From contig CALVRJ010000003.1 in the NCBI GenBank assembly GCA_944358545.1, positions 1 to 54,717 of the forward strand: DNA of 54,717 nucleotides, read 5' to 3'. Below the pieces are notes generated by a model. The model was not told the DNA's origin. It did not search any database and worked only from the letters and a program-made list of their open reading frames with translations. The DNA comes from an uncultured Bacilli bacterium (GTDB taxonomy: Bacteria > Bacillota_I > Bacilli_A > RF39 > UBA660). This document shows positions 1 through 10,666 of the stretch, in pieces (position 1 is the stretch's first letter; each line of letters starts with the position of its first letter). A program made the position numbers and the translations under genes.

Positions 1-31
1 CCTTTCAAATTTAGTTATTGCCATTACAATA

Positions 32-58
32 AGCATACAAAGGTAACCTTTGTATGCT
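32..58 (+). terminator. Intrinsic terminator-like hairpin
   Basis: AGCATACAAAGG-TAA-CCTTTGTATGCT perfect 12-bp stem followed by a T-rich tract. Confidence 0.6.
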
Positions 59-282
59 CGTTTTATCTTATTTTATAAACAATAAAAATTAAGGATCTAG
101 ATTAACTCTCTTCGTTCGTCCTTGATTTTTATTGTTTATTATGGGTAATTTATTTCGATAATTTTTGGGTAAATTAGAGTTAAAATCTACATTTTATGAG
201 GGGGTTATATTTTAGAGCAAATAAAAACATTAGAAATAATGATGTGAATCCTATTTGATAGACATCAGTTTTCTAAAGTTTT

Positions 283-1020
283 CTAAAGCTTTTTAGCTTT
301 TTGTTTTGATTTTGAATCATCATTAAATAGAGTTCCTTGAGTATAGTTTTCTTTTAGTAAATCAGGTAGTTTTAATGTATCTGAAGGTTTTTTAGGTGGT
401 TCTTCTAGTATTTTATTTAAAGGTTTTGATAATGGATTTTCTCTATCAATCATTTCTCTTTTATATTCATGTTCTCTAATACCAATTATAATTCCCCTAA
501 CCGTTTTATAATCTTTAAGTTTTAAAAGTAATTTTTTAAATGAATAATCAACATCATTTTTATATCCTTTATAAAAACTTGTTATATAATCGTTAAATGC
601 AGATATTAAAGGAACTCCTGAAATATAACGGTAATCAATTAAATATTTAAATAAATCTTTATCTCTAATTATTTTTTTACAAATGTTATTTATTTCTTTT
701 ATAAAATAATAATCTTCATCAACTTGATATTTTCCAATATTATTATGTGAAAGTTTTTTTAAAAATTCTTCGTTTGAAAAAACGGCCATTAAATATCGTG
801 TTTGTTTTTTGGCTTTATAGGTAATTTCTAAGCGGTCACAAGCTGGATTAAGTCTATTTGCAATAATAAACTGTTCGGCGTTTTCATACTCGGTTGTTAA
901 GGCATCTATTTCTGTTAAAGTAAATTTATTATTACCGTGTTCATCCGTGTAAACTTCTTTATCCCTATATGTGGTACTTGAAATAACAAGTTTATATCTT
1001 TTAACTGTTTTTTTATCCAT
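283..1020 (-). CDS. Hypothetical protein, paralog of the 1084-1707 gene
   Basis: 245-aa ORF sharing EIDALTTEY, EFLKKLSH and YxTVRxxxxGIxE blocks with the neighbour; own TTGACA-16-TATAAT promoter. Confidence 0.75.
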   Translation of the reverse strand: MDKKTVKRYKLVISSTTYRDKEVYTDEHGNNKFTLTEIDALTTEYENAEQFIIANRLNPACDRLEITYKAKKQTRYLMAVFSNEEFLKKLSHNNIGKYQVDEDYYFIKEINNICKKIIRDKDLFKYLIDYRYISGVPLISAFNDYITSFYKGYKNDVDYSFKKLLLKLKDYKTVRGIIIGIREHEYKREMIDRENPLSKPLNKILEEPPKKPSDTLKLPDLLKENYTQGTLFNDDSKSKQKAKKL

Positions 1021-1043
1021 ACTATCACTGCTTTCTTGCGTAT

Positions 1044-1071
1044 ATTATACATTTTATATTGTTTTTGTCAA
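1044..1071 (-). promoter_or_regulatory. Sigma-A-type promoter
   Basis: TTGACA (1071-1066), 16 nt, TATAAT (1049-1044) on the minus strand. Confidence 0.65.
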
Positions 1072-1083
1072 ATTAGAAAAGAC

Positions 1084-1707
1084 CTAAGCCTTTATTTTTT
1101 GCTTAGGTTTATTTTCAAATAATGGTTCTTGTATATACTTATCTGAATTTAAATTTTTATATTCACTAATACCAACTACAAGTTCTCTTACGGTATTATA
1201 TGTCTTAAGCCCACTAAAAAGTTCTTTAATTTCATCGTTAAAATTATCTATACAGCCATATTTAAGTCCGGCAAAAACATCATTGAATTTATCAGCTAAG
1301 TTTTGATTAGATAAAACGCCTTTTTTCATTAAATAATCAAATAAATTTTCATCATTTTTTAGTTCATTTCCTATTTTACCAATTTCTGATTTGAATACAT
1401 CACTTTGAACAACTTCTCTTCTTTGCGGATTATCATGAGATAATTTTTTTAAAAATTCATTTTCTCCATAAACAGTCGTGAAATATTTAATATAAGATTT
1501 ATTATGTTTGACAATTTCAAGCTTATCAAATTTTGAATTAATTCCCATATGTAAAATAAAATCCTTGGGACTATCATATTCCGTCGTTAATGCATCAATT
1601 TCTCTTAAACTAAACTTATATTCACCTTGTTTACTCACATACAATTTTTTGTTGCCAGTCTCAGAATCAACAAGGACTAGATTATATTTTTTATTATTCT
1701 TTGGCAT
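1084..1707 (-). CDS. Hypothetical protein, paralog of the 283-1020 gene
   Basis: ORF track 1084-1761; start re-placed at ATG 1707 (MPKNNKKY) because a promoter and RBS-like GTGGGGA lie inside the longer ORF. Confidence 0.75.
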   Translation of the reverse strand: MPKNNKKYNLVLVDSETGNKKLYVSKQGEYKFSLREIDALTTEYDSPKDFILHMGINSKFDKLEIVKHNKSYIKYFTTVYGENEFLKKLSHDNPQRREVVQSDVFKSEIGKIGNELKNDENLFDYLMKKGVLSNQNLADKFNDVFAGLKYGCIDNFNDEIKELFSGLKTYNTVRELVVGISEYKNLNSDKYIQEPLFENKPKQKIKA

Positions 1708-1729
1708 TGTATCCCCACTTTCTGATTTT

Positions 1730-1757
1730 ATTATACATCCTATATATCGTTTGTCAA
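1730..1757 (-). promoter_or_regulatory. Sigma-A-type promoter
   Basis: TTGACA (1757-1752), 16 nt, TATAAT (1735-1730) on the minus strand. Confidence 0.65.
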
Positions 1758-1773
1758 ACAAAAAAGAAGCATT

Positions 1774-3807
1774 TTAAGCTTCTTTGGTATAATCACAACT
1801 TGAACATTTGATTTTGTTCTTTTTTTCGGTAAGCATACTTCCACATTCTGGACATTTTTTACCGGTTGGTTTATCCCAGTATGCTGTTTTACAATTTGGA
1901 TAATTATTGCATCCATAGAAAATTTTGCCTTTTCTACTTCTTTTTTCAACTATTTTGCCGTCACAGTTCGGGCAATCACAAATAATAGATTCTTTGCGTG
2001 GTTCTTGTTTTATATATTTACATTCTGGGAAGTTTGAACAAGCGACAAATTTACCGTACTTACCATTTCTAATTACTAAAGGATGACTACATTCTGGGCA
2101 TTTTTCACCGGTTTCTTCGGCTTCTTTTTTAGGAAGTTTATCAAAGGCTTCTTTAACTGCTGGTTCGAAATCTTTATAGAATTTTTCTAAGAGGTCATAC
2201 CACACTTCTTTGCCTTCAGCAACTTTATCTAAATCTTCTTCCATGCCAGCAGTATATTTAACATTAATTATATTGCTGAAGCATTCTTGGAGTTTATCAT
2301 TTACTTCAAAGCCAATTTCGGTCGGAACAAATTTACGATCAACTAAGTTAACATAGCCACGGGATTTTATATTATCAATAATAGTGGCATAAGTACTTGG
2401 CCTTCCAATTCCAAGTTCATCCATAGTTTTAATAAGTTTGGCTTCGGTATATCTAGCTGGGGGCTGAGTGAAGTGCTGCTCTTTAGTTATATCATTTGAG
2501 GCAATAACATTTGACTTATATGTATCAAAAGGCGGAAGAATAGTGTCTTTAGTGTCTTCATAATCACTATAGACTTTTAAATATCCATCAAATACAATAA
2601 TTTGACCAGTTGCTTTAAAATTGTAGTCGTTATTGTCTAAGATAACTGTTGTCCCTTCAACTTCTGCTGGAGCCATAAGGCTAGCTAGGGCGCGATAGTA
2701 AATCATGCGATATAACTTAAACTCATCATTAGTTAAATAAGGTTTTACTGATTCAGGAGTTCTTTGAATACTTGTTGGTCTGATTGCTTCATGGGCATCT
2801 TGAACATTTTCGGTTTTTTTAGATTTTTTTACTGGCCCAGTATATTTTTCACCATATTTACTTTCGATATATTTATATGTATCGGCGATAAAGTCATCGG
2901 ATAATCTGATTGAATCAGTACGCATATATGTAATTAAACCGGTTGTTTCATTTCCTAAATCGATTCCTTCATATAGTTTTTGGGCAACCATCATAGTTTT
3001 TTTAGATGAAAATTTTAGTTTGTTTGATGATTCTTGCTGCATGGTACTAGTTGTAAATGGTGGCTTTGATTGTTTATTCTTACGCTTTTTATCGACACTT
3101 TCGATAGTAAATGATTTAGATAATTTACTTAGAATATTATCGGCTTCAGTTTCATTTTTGATTTCAATTTTTTTATGCTTATATTCATAGAGGTCAGCTT
3201 GAAAATCTTTAAAATCGGCTTGAATTGTCCAATATTCTTCAGGGTTAAAAGCATTTATTTCTCTTTCTTTGTCAACAATAAGTTTTAAAGCAACACTTTG
3301 AACTCTTCCGGCGGATGTTCCGTCGGTTTTAGATCTTATAAGTTTACTTAAACGAAAGCCAATTATTCTGTCTAAAATACGTCTGGCTTCTTGACTACTA
3401 ACTAAGTTTTGATTAATTTTTCCTTCATGTTTAAAAGCATCTAAAACAGCTTTTTTAGTTACTTCGTGGAAAACGACACGACTATAGTGGTCATCATCTA
3501 ATCCGAGGCATTTATAAAGGTGCCAAGAAATGGCTTCCCCTTCCCTATCTGGATCGGTTGCTAGATAAACTTTATCAGCTTGGGAAGCTTCTTTTTTTAA
3601 TTCATCGATGACTTTTTTCTTGCCTTTTATAACTTTATAGTCAGGTTTAAAATGATTTTCAATATCGACTCCTAAACCATATTTTCCTTTGGTTGAAAGG
3701 TCTCTGATATGACCTTTACTTGATGATACGATATAGTCCTTTCCAAGGTATTTACTTATTGATTTAACTTTTGTTGGAGATTCGACAATAACTAAGTTTT
3801 TGCCCAT
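1774..3807 (-). CDS. topA: DNA topoisomerase I (type IA)
   Basis: TOPRIM LVIVESPTK and ATDPDREGEAI, SAGRVQS, active-site ITYMRTDS, C-terminal C4 zinc ribbons. Confidence 0.98.
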   Translation of the reverse strand: MGKNLVIVESPTKVKSISKYLGKDYIVSSSKGHIRDLSTKGKYGLGVDIENHFKPDYKVIKGKKKVIDELKKEASQADKVYLATDPDREGEAISWHLYKCLGLDDDHYSRVVFHEVTKKAVLDAFKHEGKINQNLVSSQEARRILDRIIGFRLSKLIRSKTDGTSAGRVQSVALKLIVDKEREINAFNPEEYWTIQADFKDFQADLYEYKHKKIEIKNETEADNILSKLSKSFTIESVDKKRKNKQSKPPFTTSTMQQESSNKLKFSSKKTMMVAQKLYEGIDLGNETTGLITYMRTDSIRLSDDFIADTYKYIESKYGEKYTGPVKKSKKTENVQDAHEAIRPTSIQRTPESVKPYLTNDEFKLYRMIYYRALASLMAPAEVEGTTVILDNNDYNFKATGQIIVFDGYLKVYSDYEDTKDTILPPFDTYKSNVIASNDITKEQHFTQPPARYTEAKLIKTMDELGIGRPSTYATIIDNIKSRGYVNLVDRKFVPTEIGFEVNDKLQECFSNIINVKYTAGMEEDLDKVAEGKEVWYDLLEKFYKDFEPAVKEAFDKLPKKEAEETGEKCPECSHPLVIRNGKYGKFVACSNFPECKYIKQEPRKESIICDCPNCDGKIVEKRSRKGKIFYGCNNYPNCKTAYWDKPTGKKCPECGSMLTEKKNKIKCSSCDYTKEA

Positions 3808-3929
3808 TTGAATTCACTTCCTTTTTAAACTAATATAATTTATACACTATAATTGATTTTATGTCAATTAAATTTTGTTTACTTTTATTATTTATAATGT
3901 TAGAATAGGAAACAGATTGGAGAAGATAT

Positions 3930-4931
3930 ATGATAAAAAAAGAAGATATGGTTTTTGATTTAATTAAAGACGGAAAATGTGTGAGTGAAATTAAAAGGTT
4001 AACTAATACAAATACGACAAATTTAAGTATGATTTTGTACAATCTCAGTCAAAAATATAATATGGTTTCAAGTATAAACGATTTGGGAGAACTTAGATTT
4101 TTAATCGATAGTGATATAGACGAAATGAATATGGCAAGTATTGATTTAAGTTATCCTAATTTATTCAGAGCAATGGTAATTTCCGATACTCACTTTGGCA
4201 ATGAATATGCCAGGCCAGATTATTTAACTTTGATTTATAATTATTGTAAGAAAAACGATATTCATATTATTATTCATGCAGGAGATTTTATCGATGGTAC
4301 TTCTTCAGCGTTTAAACAATATATTAAAAATCCAACTCTACAGGTAAGTAAGGCTATAAGTAATTATCCATATGACGATAATATTTTAAACTTGGTATGT
4401 TTTGGCAATCATGATTTTAGTGCGTTTGAAAACGGGGTTAATATTAAAGATAAAATTTTATGTCAAAGATACGATATTAGACCTTTTGCCTTAGGGTGTG
4501 GAATCATAAATATCGGAAATGATATATTTTATGTTAAACATCCAATAGATGGTTTTAAATATGAAAACGTTAATAATCACTTTATTTTATCTGGTCATTC
4601 ACATAAAATAGGAATTTTTTGTGATAAAGTTTATACTAATGTAAAAATACCTACTCTAAGTGATTTGCGTTTCAATGAAAATCAAAGCTTACCTGGCGCA
4701 TTAGAAATGAAAGTTTTTTTAAATTATAGCCATATTATTGGGGTGGAATTTAGACATTTAAGTATTTTGAGCGAAGGAAGTAATTTAAATAAATGCGGAC
4801 TATTTGAAGTTGGAAAATACGATTACAGGTTTAATTATGAAAAGAGTCCAATTAACGATGAAACATATATGCCAGAAATAAGTGATGATAAAAAGTGCGA
4901 ACTTGTAAAAAAATATGGATATATGAAATAG
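3930..4931 (+). CDS. Calcineurin-like metallophosphoesterase with N-terminal HTH-like segment
   Basis: Motifs SDTH, HAGDFIDG, GNHD, H, GHSH in canonical order. Confidence 0.8.
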   Translation: MIKKEDMVFDLIKDGKCVSEIKRLTNTNTTNLSMILYNLSQKYNMVSSINDLGELRFLIDSDIDEMNMASIDLSYPNLFRAMVISDTHFGNEYARPDYLTLIYNYCKKNDIHIIIHAGDFIDGTSSAFKQYIKNPTLQVSKAISNYPYDDNILNLVCFGNHDFSAFENGVNIKDKILCQRYDIRPFALGCGIINIGNDIFYVKHPIDGFKYENVNNHFILSGHSHKIGIFCDKVYTNVKIPTLSDLRFNENQSLPGALEMKVFLNYSHIIGVEFRHLSILSEGSNLNKCGLFEVGKYDYRFNYEKSPINDETYMPEISDDKKCELVKKYGYMK

Positions 4932-4983
4932 CTTTGGTAATTTTAGGTTTAAGTGGTATAATTAGTACGTTGGGAGGCCTTAT

Positions 4984-6228
4984 ATGAAAATAAAAGTACT
5001 GACTAATGATGAATTTTTAGAATTCAGTAAACGTTTTAGACCGTCTTCAATGTATCAAACAGTTGAATATGCCCTGACAATGAACAATAATAGATATGAT
5101 TCTTTATTAGTGGGACTTGTCGATGACGATAAACTATTAGCGGCAAGTTTAATTTTAGTTCAAAAGATAAACGGTTTTCGTTATGCGAGTGCGCCAAGAG
5201 GATTTTTAATCGATTATAATAATACAGAACTTTTAACGACGTTTACAAAGCTTTTAAAGAAATTTTTAGGTAAAAAAGATATTGTAGCTATTAAAGTTAA
5301 TCCAATGATTATCAGAGAAGTTTACGATTCTAAGGGAAACAGTGTTTTAAAAAATGTAAAATACGACGAAATTTTTAAAAATATGACTAAGCTTGGATAT
5401 TTTCATTTAGGATATAACAATTATTTTGAGGCTTTAAAACCGAGATTTGAAGCAATGATTGATATAAGTAAGCCTATAAATCAAATTTTTAAAAATATTG
5501 ATAAAGGTTTTAAAGCAAAGATTAGAAAAGCGATTAAAAACGGAGTTAATGTTTATCATGGAGATTTTAATGACTTGAATCTTTTATATGAGGAGACTAA
5601 AGATAAGTATCCAAGGGATTTAAAATATTATGAAGATTTATATAAATATTTTGATAAGAAAAACAGCATAGATTTTTACTATTGTAAATTAGATACAACT
5701 GAATATTTAAAATATACGCAAAAAAAGTATAATGAGGTTCATAAGCTAAGCTTTGACCTTGGAAATAAGTTAATCGGTTCAACCGGAAATAATACAAAAA
5801 TTATAAACAAAAAATTACAAGTAGATAAAGAGGTTTCTTTATATAGTAAACAACTAGTTGAAGCGACTAATTTACTTAGAGATTTTCCTGATGGAATTGT
5901 GATTGCTTCAGCTTTAGTTATTAAATGGTTAGACACGGCCTATTTAGTTATGAGTGGTTACAATGAAAAATATAGAAAGTTTAATGGAACACACTTAATG
6001 ATTTGGAAGTTTTTAGCAAGATATGCAAAACTCGGATTTAAATATTTTAATTTTGGAGGCGTTAGTAATATAAAGCTTCAAAAAAATAAATATAAAGGGT
6101 TAAATCAATTTAAACTTGGTTTTAATGCAGATGTAACTGAATATATAGGCGACTTTGAGCTTATTACTAATAGGCCACTTTACTTCGTATATAAAAACTC
6201 TTTTGGAATAAGCGACATTTTTAAATAA
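4984..6228 (+). CDS. FemAB/MurM-family peptidoglycan interpeptide-bridge aminoacyltransferase
   Basis: YAxAPRGFLIDY, coiled-coil insert, FNFGG, GLNQFKLGFNADVTEYIGDF; extended -10 TGGTATAAT and GGGAGG RBS upstream. Confidence 0.9.
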   Translation: MKIKVLTNDEFLEFSKRFRPSSMYQTVEYALTMNNNRYDSLLVGLVDDDKLLAASLILVQKINGFRYASAPRGFLIDYNNTELLTTFTKLLKKFLGKKDIVAIKVNPMIIREVYDSKGNSVLKNVKYDEIFKNMTKLGYFHLGYNNYFEALKPRFEAMIDISKPINQIFKNIDKGFKAKIRKAIKNGVNVYHGDFNDLNLLYEETKDKYPRDLKYYEDLYKYFDKKNSIDFYYCKLDTTEYLKYTQKKYNEVHKLSFDLGNKLIGSTGNNTKIINKKLQVDKEVSLYSKQLVEATNLLRDFPDGIVIASALVIKWLDTAYLVMSGYNEKYRKFNGTHLMIWKFLARYAKLGFKYFNFGGVSNIKLQKNKYKGLNQFKLGFNADVTEYIGDFELITNRPLYFVYKNSFGISDIFK

Positions 6229-6246
6229 GCTTATTTTTTTATAATA

Positions 6247-6270
6247 AAAAAAGCTCTTGCGAGCTTCTTT
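6247..6270 (-). terminator. Terminator after tuf (possibly bidirectional)
   Basis: AAGCTC-TTGC-GAGCTT flanked by A and T runs between convergent genes. Confidence 0.75.
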
Positions 6271-6272
6271 TA

Positions 6273-7457
6273 TTATTCAATAACTTCTGATACGCTTCCG
6301 GCACCAACAGTTCTACCACCCTCACGGATAGAGAATTTAGTTCCGTTTTCAATAGCGATTGGAGCTATTAATTCTACAGTGATTTCAACGTTGTCACCTG
6401 GCATAACCATTTCAACTCCTTCTGGAAGTTCGATTACACCTGTAACATCAGTTGTTCTGAAGTAGAATTGTGGACGATAATTGCTGAAGAATGGAGTATG
6501 TCTTCCACCTTCTTCTTTAGTTAAGACATAAACTTGAGCCTTAAATTTAGTATGTGGAGTAACTGTTCCAGGTTTAGCAATAACTTGTCCTCTTTCAACG
6601 TCGTCACGGTTTACACCACGAAGTAATAAACCAGCGTTGTCACCTGCTTCAGCATAGTCTAATTGTTTTCTGAACATTTCGATTCCAGTAACAACTGTCT
6701 TCTTAGTAGGTTTAAGACCAACGATTTCAACTTCTTCGTTAAGTTTTAATTGACCTCTTTCAACACGTCCAGTAACAACTGTTCCACGACCAGTGATTGT
6801 GAATACGTCTTCAATTGGCATTAAGAATGGTTTATCAGTGTCTCTAGCTGGTGTTTCAATCCAGTTATCAACTGCATCCATAAGTTCACCAATTTTTTCT
6901 TCGTAAGCAGCATCTCCTTCAAGAGCTTTAAGAGCTGAACCTCTGATGATTGGAGTATTGTCTCCATCGTATCCGTATTCAGTTAATAATTCTCTAACTT
7001 CCATTTCAACTAAGTCTAGAAGTTCTTCATCATCAACCATATCGCATTTGTTTAAGAATACTACCATACGAGGTACACCAACTTGACGAGCAAGTAAGAT
7101 ATGTTCACGAGTTTGAGCCATAGGTCCATCTGTAGCAGCGATAACTAAGATAGCACCATCCATTTGAGCAGCACCAGTGATCATGTTCTTAACGTAGTCA
7201 GCATGTCCTGGACAGTCAACGTGAGCATAATGTCTCTTTTCAGTTTCATATTCGATATGTGCAGTATTGATAGTAATTCCACGTTCTCTTTCTTCTGGAG
7301 CTTTATCAATATCAGCATAATCTTCTTCTTTAGCTAAACCTTTCTTAGCTAAGTAGTGTGTAATAGCCGCAGTTAAAGTAGTTTTACCATGGTCAACGTG
7401 ACCGATAGTACCGATATTAACATTTGGCTTTGTACGTTCAAATTTTTCTTTTGCCAT
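6273..7457 (-). CDS. tuf: Elongation factor Tu
   Basis: [38 protein letters not shown]. Confidence 0.99.
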   Translation of the reverse strand: MAKEKFERTKPNVNIGTIGHVDHGKTTLTAAITHYLAKKGLAKEEDYADIDKAPEERERGITINTAHIEYETEKRHYAHVDCPGHADYVKNMITGAAQMDGAILVIAATDGPMAQTREHILLARQVGVPRMVVFLNKCDMVDDEELLDLVEMEVRELLTEYGYDGDNTPIIRGSALKALEGDAAYEEKIGELMDAVDNWIETPARDTDKPFLMPIEDVFTITGRGTVVTGRVERGQLKLNEEVEIVGLKPTKKTVVTGIEMFRKQLDYAEAGDNAGLLLRGVNRDDVERGQVIAKPGTVTPHTKFKAQVYVLTKEEGGRHTPFFSNYRPQFYFRTTDVTGVIELPEGVEMVMPGDNVEITVELIAPIAIENGTKFSIREGGRTVGAGSVSEVIE

Positions 7458-7527
7458 TTTAATTTTCTCCTTTTCTATTTCATTTAATATTTTATCAATA
7501 GTGAATTAAAAATTCAAGTGTTTTGGT

Positions 7528-9600
7528 TTAGTTTCCACCATTTTTTTTGATAATATCTTCAGCGATATTTTTTGGAACTTCTTCATAATGGTCGAATTCC
7601 ATAGAGAAGTTTCCACGACCTTGAGTATTAGATCTTAAAGTTGTTACATATCCGAACATTGAAGCAAGTGGAACCATGGCATCAACTTTAAGTGATTTAC
7701 CTCTTGATTCTTGTCCAAGCGGACGGCCACGACGTGATGTTATATCACCCATAACAGTTCCTAAGTATTCTTCTGGAACAACGATTTGGACTTTCATGAT
7801 TGGCTCTAAAATTACTGGGTTACATTTATTCTTAGCTTCTTTTAAAGCAAGTGACGCAGCAACTTTGAAGGCCATTTCTGAAGAGTCGACTTCGTGATAA
7901 GAACCATCGAATAAGGTTGCTTTAACGTCCATCATTGGGAAGCCTGCTAGGATACCTGAGGCCATAGCTTCTTGTAATCCTTTATCGACAACTGGGATAT
8001 ATTCACGAGGAACAGCACCACCAACAATGGCATCGACAAATTCATATCCTTTACCAGGATTTGGTTCAAATTTAATCCAAACGTGTCCATATTGTCCACG
8101 ACCACCAGATTGTTTGATGTATTTTCCTTCACAGTTGGCAGCTGTTTTAATAGTTTCACGGTAAGAAACTTGAGGGTTACCAACGTTAGCTTCAACACCA
8201 AATTCTCTTCTTAAACGGTCAACAATAATATCTAGGTGAAGTTCACCAACACCAGCGATAATAGTTTGACCAGTTTCGTGGTCAGTACTAGCTCTAAAGG
8301 TTGGATCTTCTTCAGCAAGTTTTTGAAGAGCAAGTGCCATTTTATCTTGGTCAGCTTTTGATTTTGGTTCAACGGCAAGCTCGATAACTGGTTCTGGGAA
8401 TTCCATTGGAGCTAAGATACATGCATGTTTTTCATCACATAAAGTGTCACCGGTTGTCGTATTTTTTAAACCAACAGCGGCAACAATGTCACCAGTATAA
8501 GCTTCACTGATTTCTTTACGATGATTAGCGTGCATTAATAAGATACGTCCAATTCTTTCTTTTTTATCTTTATTTGCATTTAAAACATATGAACCACTAG
8601 CTAATTTACCTGAGTAAACTCTGACAAATGTAAGTTTTCCAACGAATGGGTCAGTCATAACTTTAAATGCTAAAGCTGAGAATGGTTCTGTATCTCTTGG
8701 ATGTCTTTCAATTGGATTACCGTTCATATCAATACCTTTGATTGATTCAACATCAACTGGTGATGGAAGGTAATCATTGATAGCATCTAGTAATTGTTTA
8801 ATACCCATATTTCCTAAGGCAGTTCCGCACATAACTGGGAAGAATTTAACAGCAAGTACTCCTTTACGGATTGCTTTTTTAATTTCTTCAGTAGTGATTT
8901 CTTCACCTTCTAGGTATTTGTTCATAAGTTCATCGTCAAATTCAACAACTGTTTCTACTAAATCGTTATGTTTTTCTTCGGCGATGTCTTTTAAGTCTGC
9001 TGGAATTTCGATTTCAGTAGCGTTCTCTTCTGGTTTACCATCAAAGTGATAAGCTTTCATCGTAACTAAATCGATTACGCCATTGAATTCGCTTTCAGCA
9101 CCGATTGGCCATTCGATAGGTTTAGCGTTAATACCTAATCTTTCGTCAATACTATCTAAACTATATTGGAAATCTGCTCCGATTTTATCCATTTTATTGG
9201 CGAAAATCATTCTTGGAACGTTATAGTCATCAGCTTGACGCCAAACGGTTTCGGTCTGTGGTTCAACACCTTGAGAGGCGTCGATTAAAGCTACAGCACC
9301 ATCTAAGACTCTTAAACTTCTTTGTACTTCAACTGTAAAGTCTACGTGTCCTGGGGTGTCGATAATGTTTAATCTATGCCCTTTCCAGTAGGCTGTGGTA
9401 GCAGCTGAAGTGATTGTAATACCACGTTCTTGTTCTTGTTCCATCCAGTCCATTTGAGCTTCACCATCGTGAGTTTCGCCAATTTTATGGATTTTTCCGG
9501 TATGGAATAAGATTCTTTCGGTACATGTTGTTTTTCCCGCATCGATGTGGGCCATGATACCAATATTACGTGTATTTTCTAAGCTATATTCACGAGCCAT
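7528..9600 (-). CDS. fusA: Elongation factor G
   Basis: [37 protein letters not shown]; position in the str operon. Confidence 0.99.
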   Translation of the reverse strand: MAREYSLENTRNIGIMAHIDAGKTTCTERILFHTGKIHKIGETHDGEAQMDWMEQEQERGITITSAATTAYWKGHRLNIIDTPGHVDFTVEVQRSLRVLDGAVALIDASQGVEPQTETVWRQADDYNVPRMIFANKMDKIGADFQYSLDSIDERLGINAKPIEWPIGAESEFNGVIDLVTMKAYHFDGKPEENATEIEIPADLKDIAEEKHNDLVETVVEFDDELMNKYLEGEEITTEEIKKAIRKGVLAVKFFPVMCGTALGNMGIKQLLDAINDYLPSPVDVESIKGIDMNGNPIERHPRDTEPFSALAFKVMTDPFVGKLTFVRVYSGKLASGSYVLNANKDKKERIGRILLMHANHRKEISEAYTGDIVAAVGLKNTTTGDTLCDEKHACILAPMEFPEPVIELAVEPKSKADQDKMALALQKLAEEDPTFRASTDHETGQTIIAGVGELHLDIIVDRLRREFGVEANVGNPQVSYRETIKTAANCEGKYIKQSGGRGQYGHVWIKFEPNPGKGYEFVDAIVGGAVPREYIPVVDKGLQEAMASGILAGFPMMDVKATLFDGSYHEVDSSEMAFKVAASLALKEAKNKCNPVILEPIMKVQIVVPEEYLGTVMGDITSRRGRPLGQESRGKSLKVDAMVPLASMFGYVTTLRSNTQGRGNFSMEFDHYEEVPKNIAEDIIKKNGGN

Positions 9601-9618
9601 ATTCTATTTTCCTTTCTT

Positions 9619-10086
9619 TTACCATCTATAATGAGCGAATGCTTTATTAGCTTCAGCCATTCTGTGAGTATCCTCACGTTTTTTAACTGCTGCTCCTACT
9701 CCATTAGAAGCATCAATAATCTCGTTTGCTAAGTTTTCAGCCATTGAATGACCACCTCTTAAACGAGCATATTGTACAAGCCAACGTAATCCTAAAGCTT
9801 GGCTACGATCAGCTTTTACTTCGATTGGAACTGGGTAGTTAGCTCCTCCAACTCTTCTAGTTCTTACTTCCAAAGCTGGTTTGATATTTTCTAAAGCTTT
9901 GTTAAATACTTCTAGTGGGTCAGAGTTTGTTTTATCTTTAATTTGCTCAAAGGCATCGTAAAGAATTGTTTGCGCAGTTCCTTTTTTTCCATCAAGCATG
10001 ATTTGGTTAATTAATTTTGTAACTACTTTTGATTTATATATTGGATCTGGTAGTACATCTCTTTTAACTGCTTGTTTCTTACGCAT
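9619..10086 (-). CDS. rpsG: 30S ribosomal protein S7
   Basis: [26 protein letters not shown]. Confidence 0.99.
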   Translation of the reverse strand: MRKKQAVKRDVLPDPIYKSKVVTKLINQIMLDGKKGTAQTILYDAFEQIKDKTNSDPLEVFNKALENIKPALEVRTRRVGGANYPVPIEVKADRSQALGLRWLVQYARLRGGHSMAENLANEIIDASNGVGAAVKKREDTHRMAEANKAFAHYRW

Positions 10087-10106
10087 TAAATAACCCTCCC
10101 TTCAAT

Positions 10107-10523
10107 TTATTTACTTTTTGGTTTTTTTGCACCATATTTAGAACGTCCTTGACGACGTTTGTCTACTCCTGCTGTATCCATTGTTCCACGGATGATGTGA
10201 TAACGAACACCGATTAGGTCCTTAACACGTCCACCACGTACTAAAACAACAGAGTGTTCTTGTAAGTTGTGGCCTTCTCCTGGAATATAAGTATCAACTT
10301 CTTTTCCATTTGAAAGTCTAACCTTAGCATATTTACGAAGTGCTGAGTTTGGTTTCTTTGGTGTCATGGTTCCAACACGAGTACAAACGCCACGTTTTTG
10401 TGGAGAATTACTTATGGTAACCTTTTTATCTTTGCTGTTGTAACCAATGTTTAACATTGGTGATTTACTCTTTTTTGTTTTGTGTCCTCTTCCTTTTCTA
10501 ACTAATTGGTTAATAGTAGGCAT
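10107..10523 (-). CDS. rpsL: 30S ribosomal protein S12
   Basis: [10 protein letters not shown] start at 10523 after [30 protein letters not shown]; Bacillota-type insertion. Confidence 0.99.
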   Translation of the reverse strand: MPTINQLVRKGRGHKTKKSKSPMLNIGYNSKDKKVTISNSPQKRGVCTRVGTMTPKKPNSALRKYAKVRLSNGKEVDTYIPGEGHNLQEHSVVLVRGGRVKDLIGVRYHIIRGTMDTAGVDKRRQGRSKYGAKKPKSK

Positions 10524-10619
10524 ATTTTTCCTCCTTTCACTGCACATATCCAGGCGTTTTAATTTTTTTACTAATTAAAGATTTACCAAATTAGGTAAAT
10601 CTAAAATTAAAACACATTA

Positions 10620-10648
10620 ACTATATCATTTTATTGGTTGATTGTCAA
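10620..10648 (-). promoter_or_regulatory. str operon promoter
   Basis: TTGACA-17-TATAGT with TGn extended -10; leader hairpin AGATTTACC/GGTAAATCT at 10579-10602. Confidence 0.75.
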
Positions 10649-10666
10649 TAATATTCTTGTATTTTT

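Noticed and set aside
141-173. TGGGTAA repeats as a second set of integrase arm sites
   Set aside because: Only 7-bp matches, different spacing from 42969-42989, and no att-like core or mobile genes nearby.
268-288. GTTTTCTAAA tandem duplication as a target-site duplication
   Set aside because: The copies are adjacent with no element between them; low-complexity sequence.
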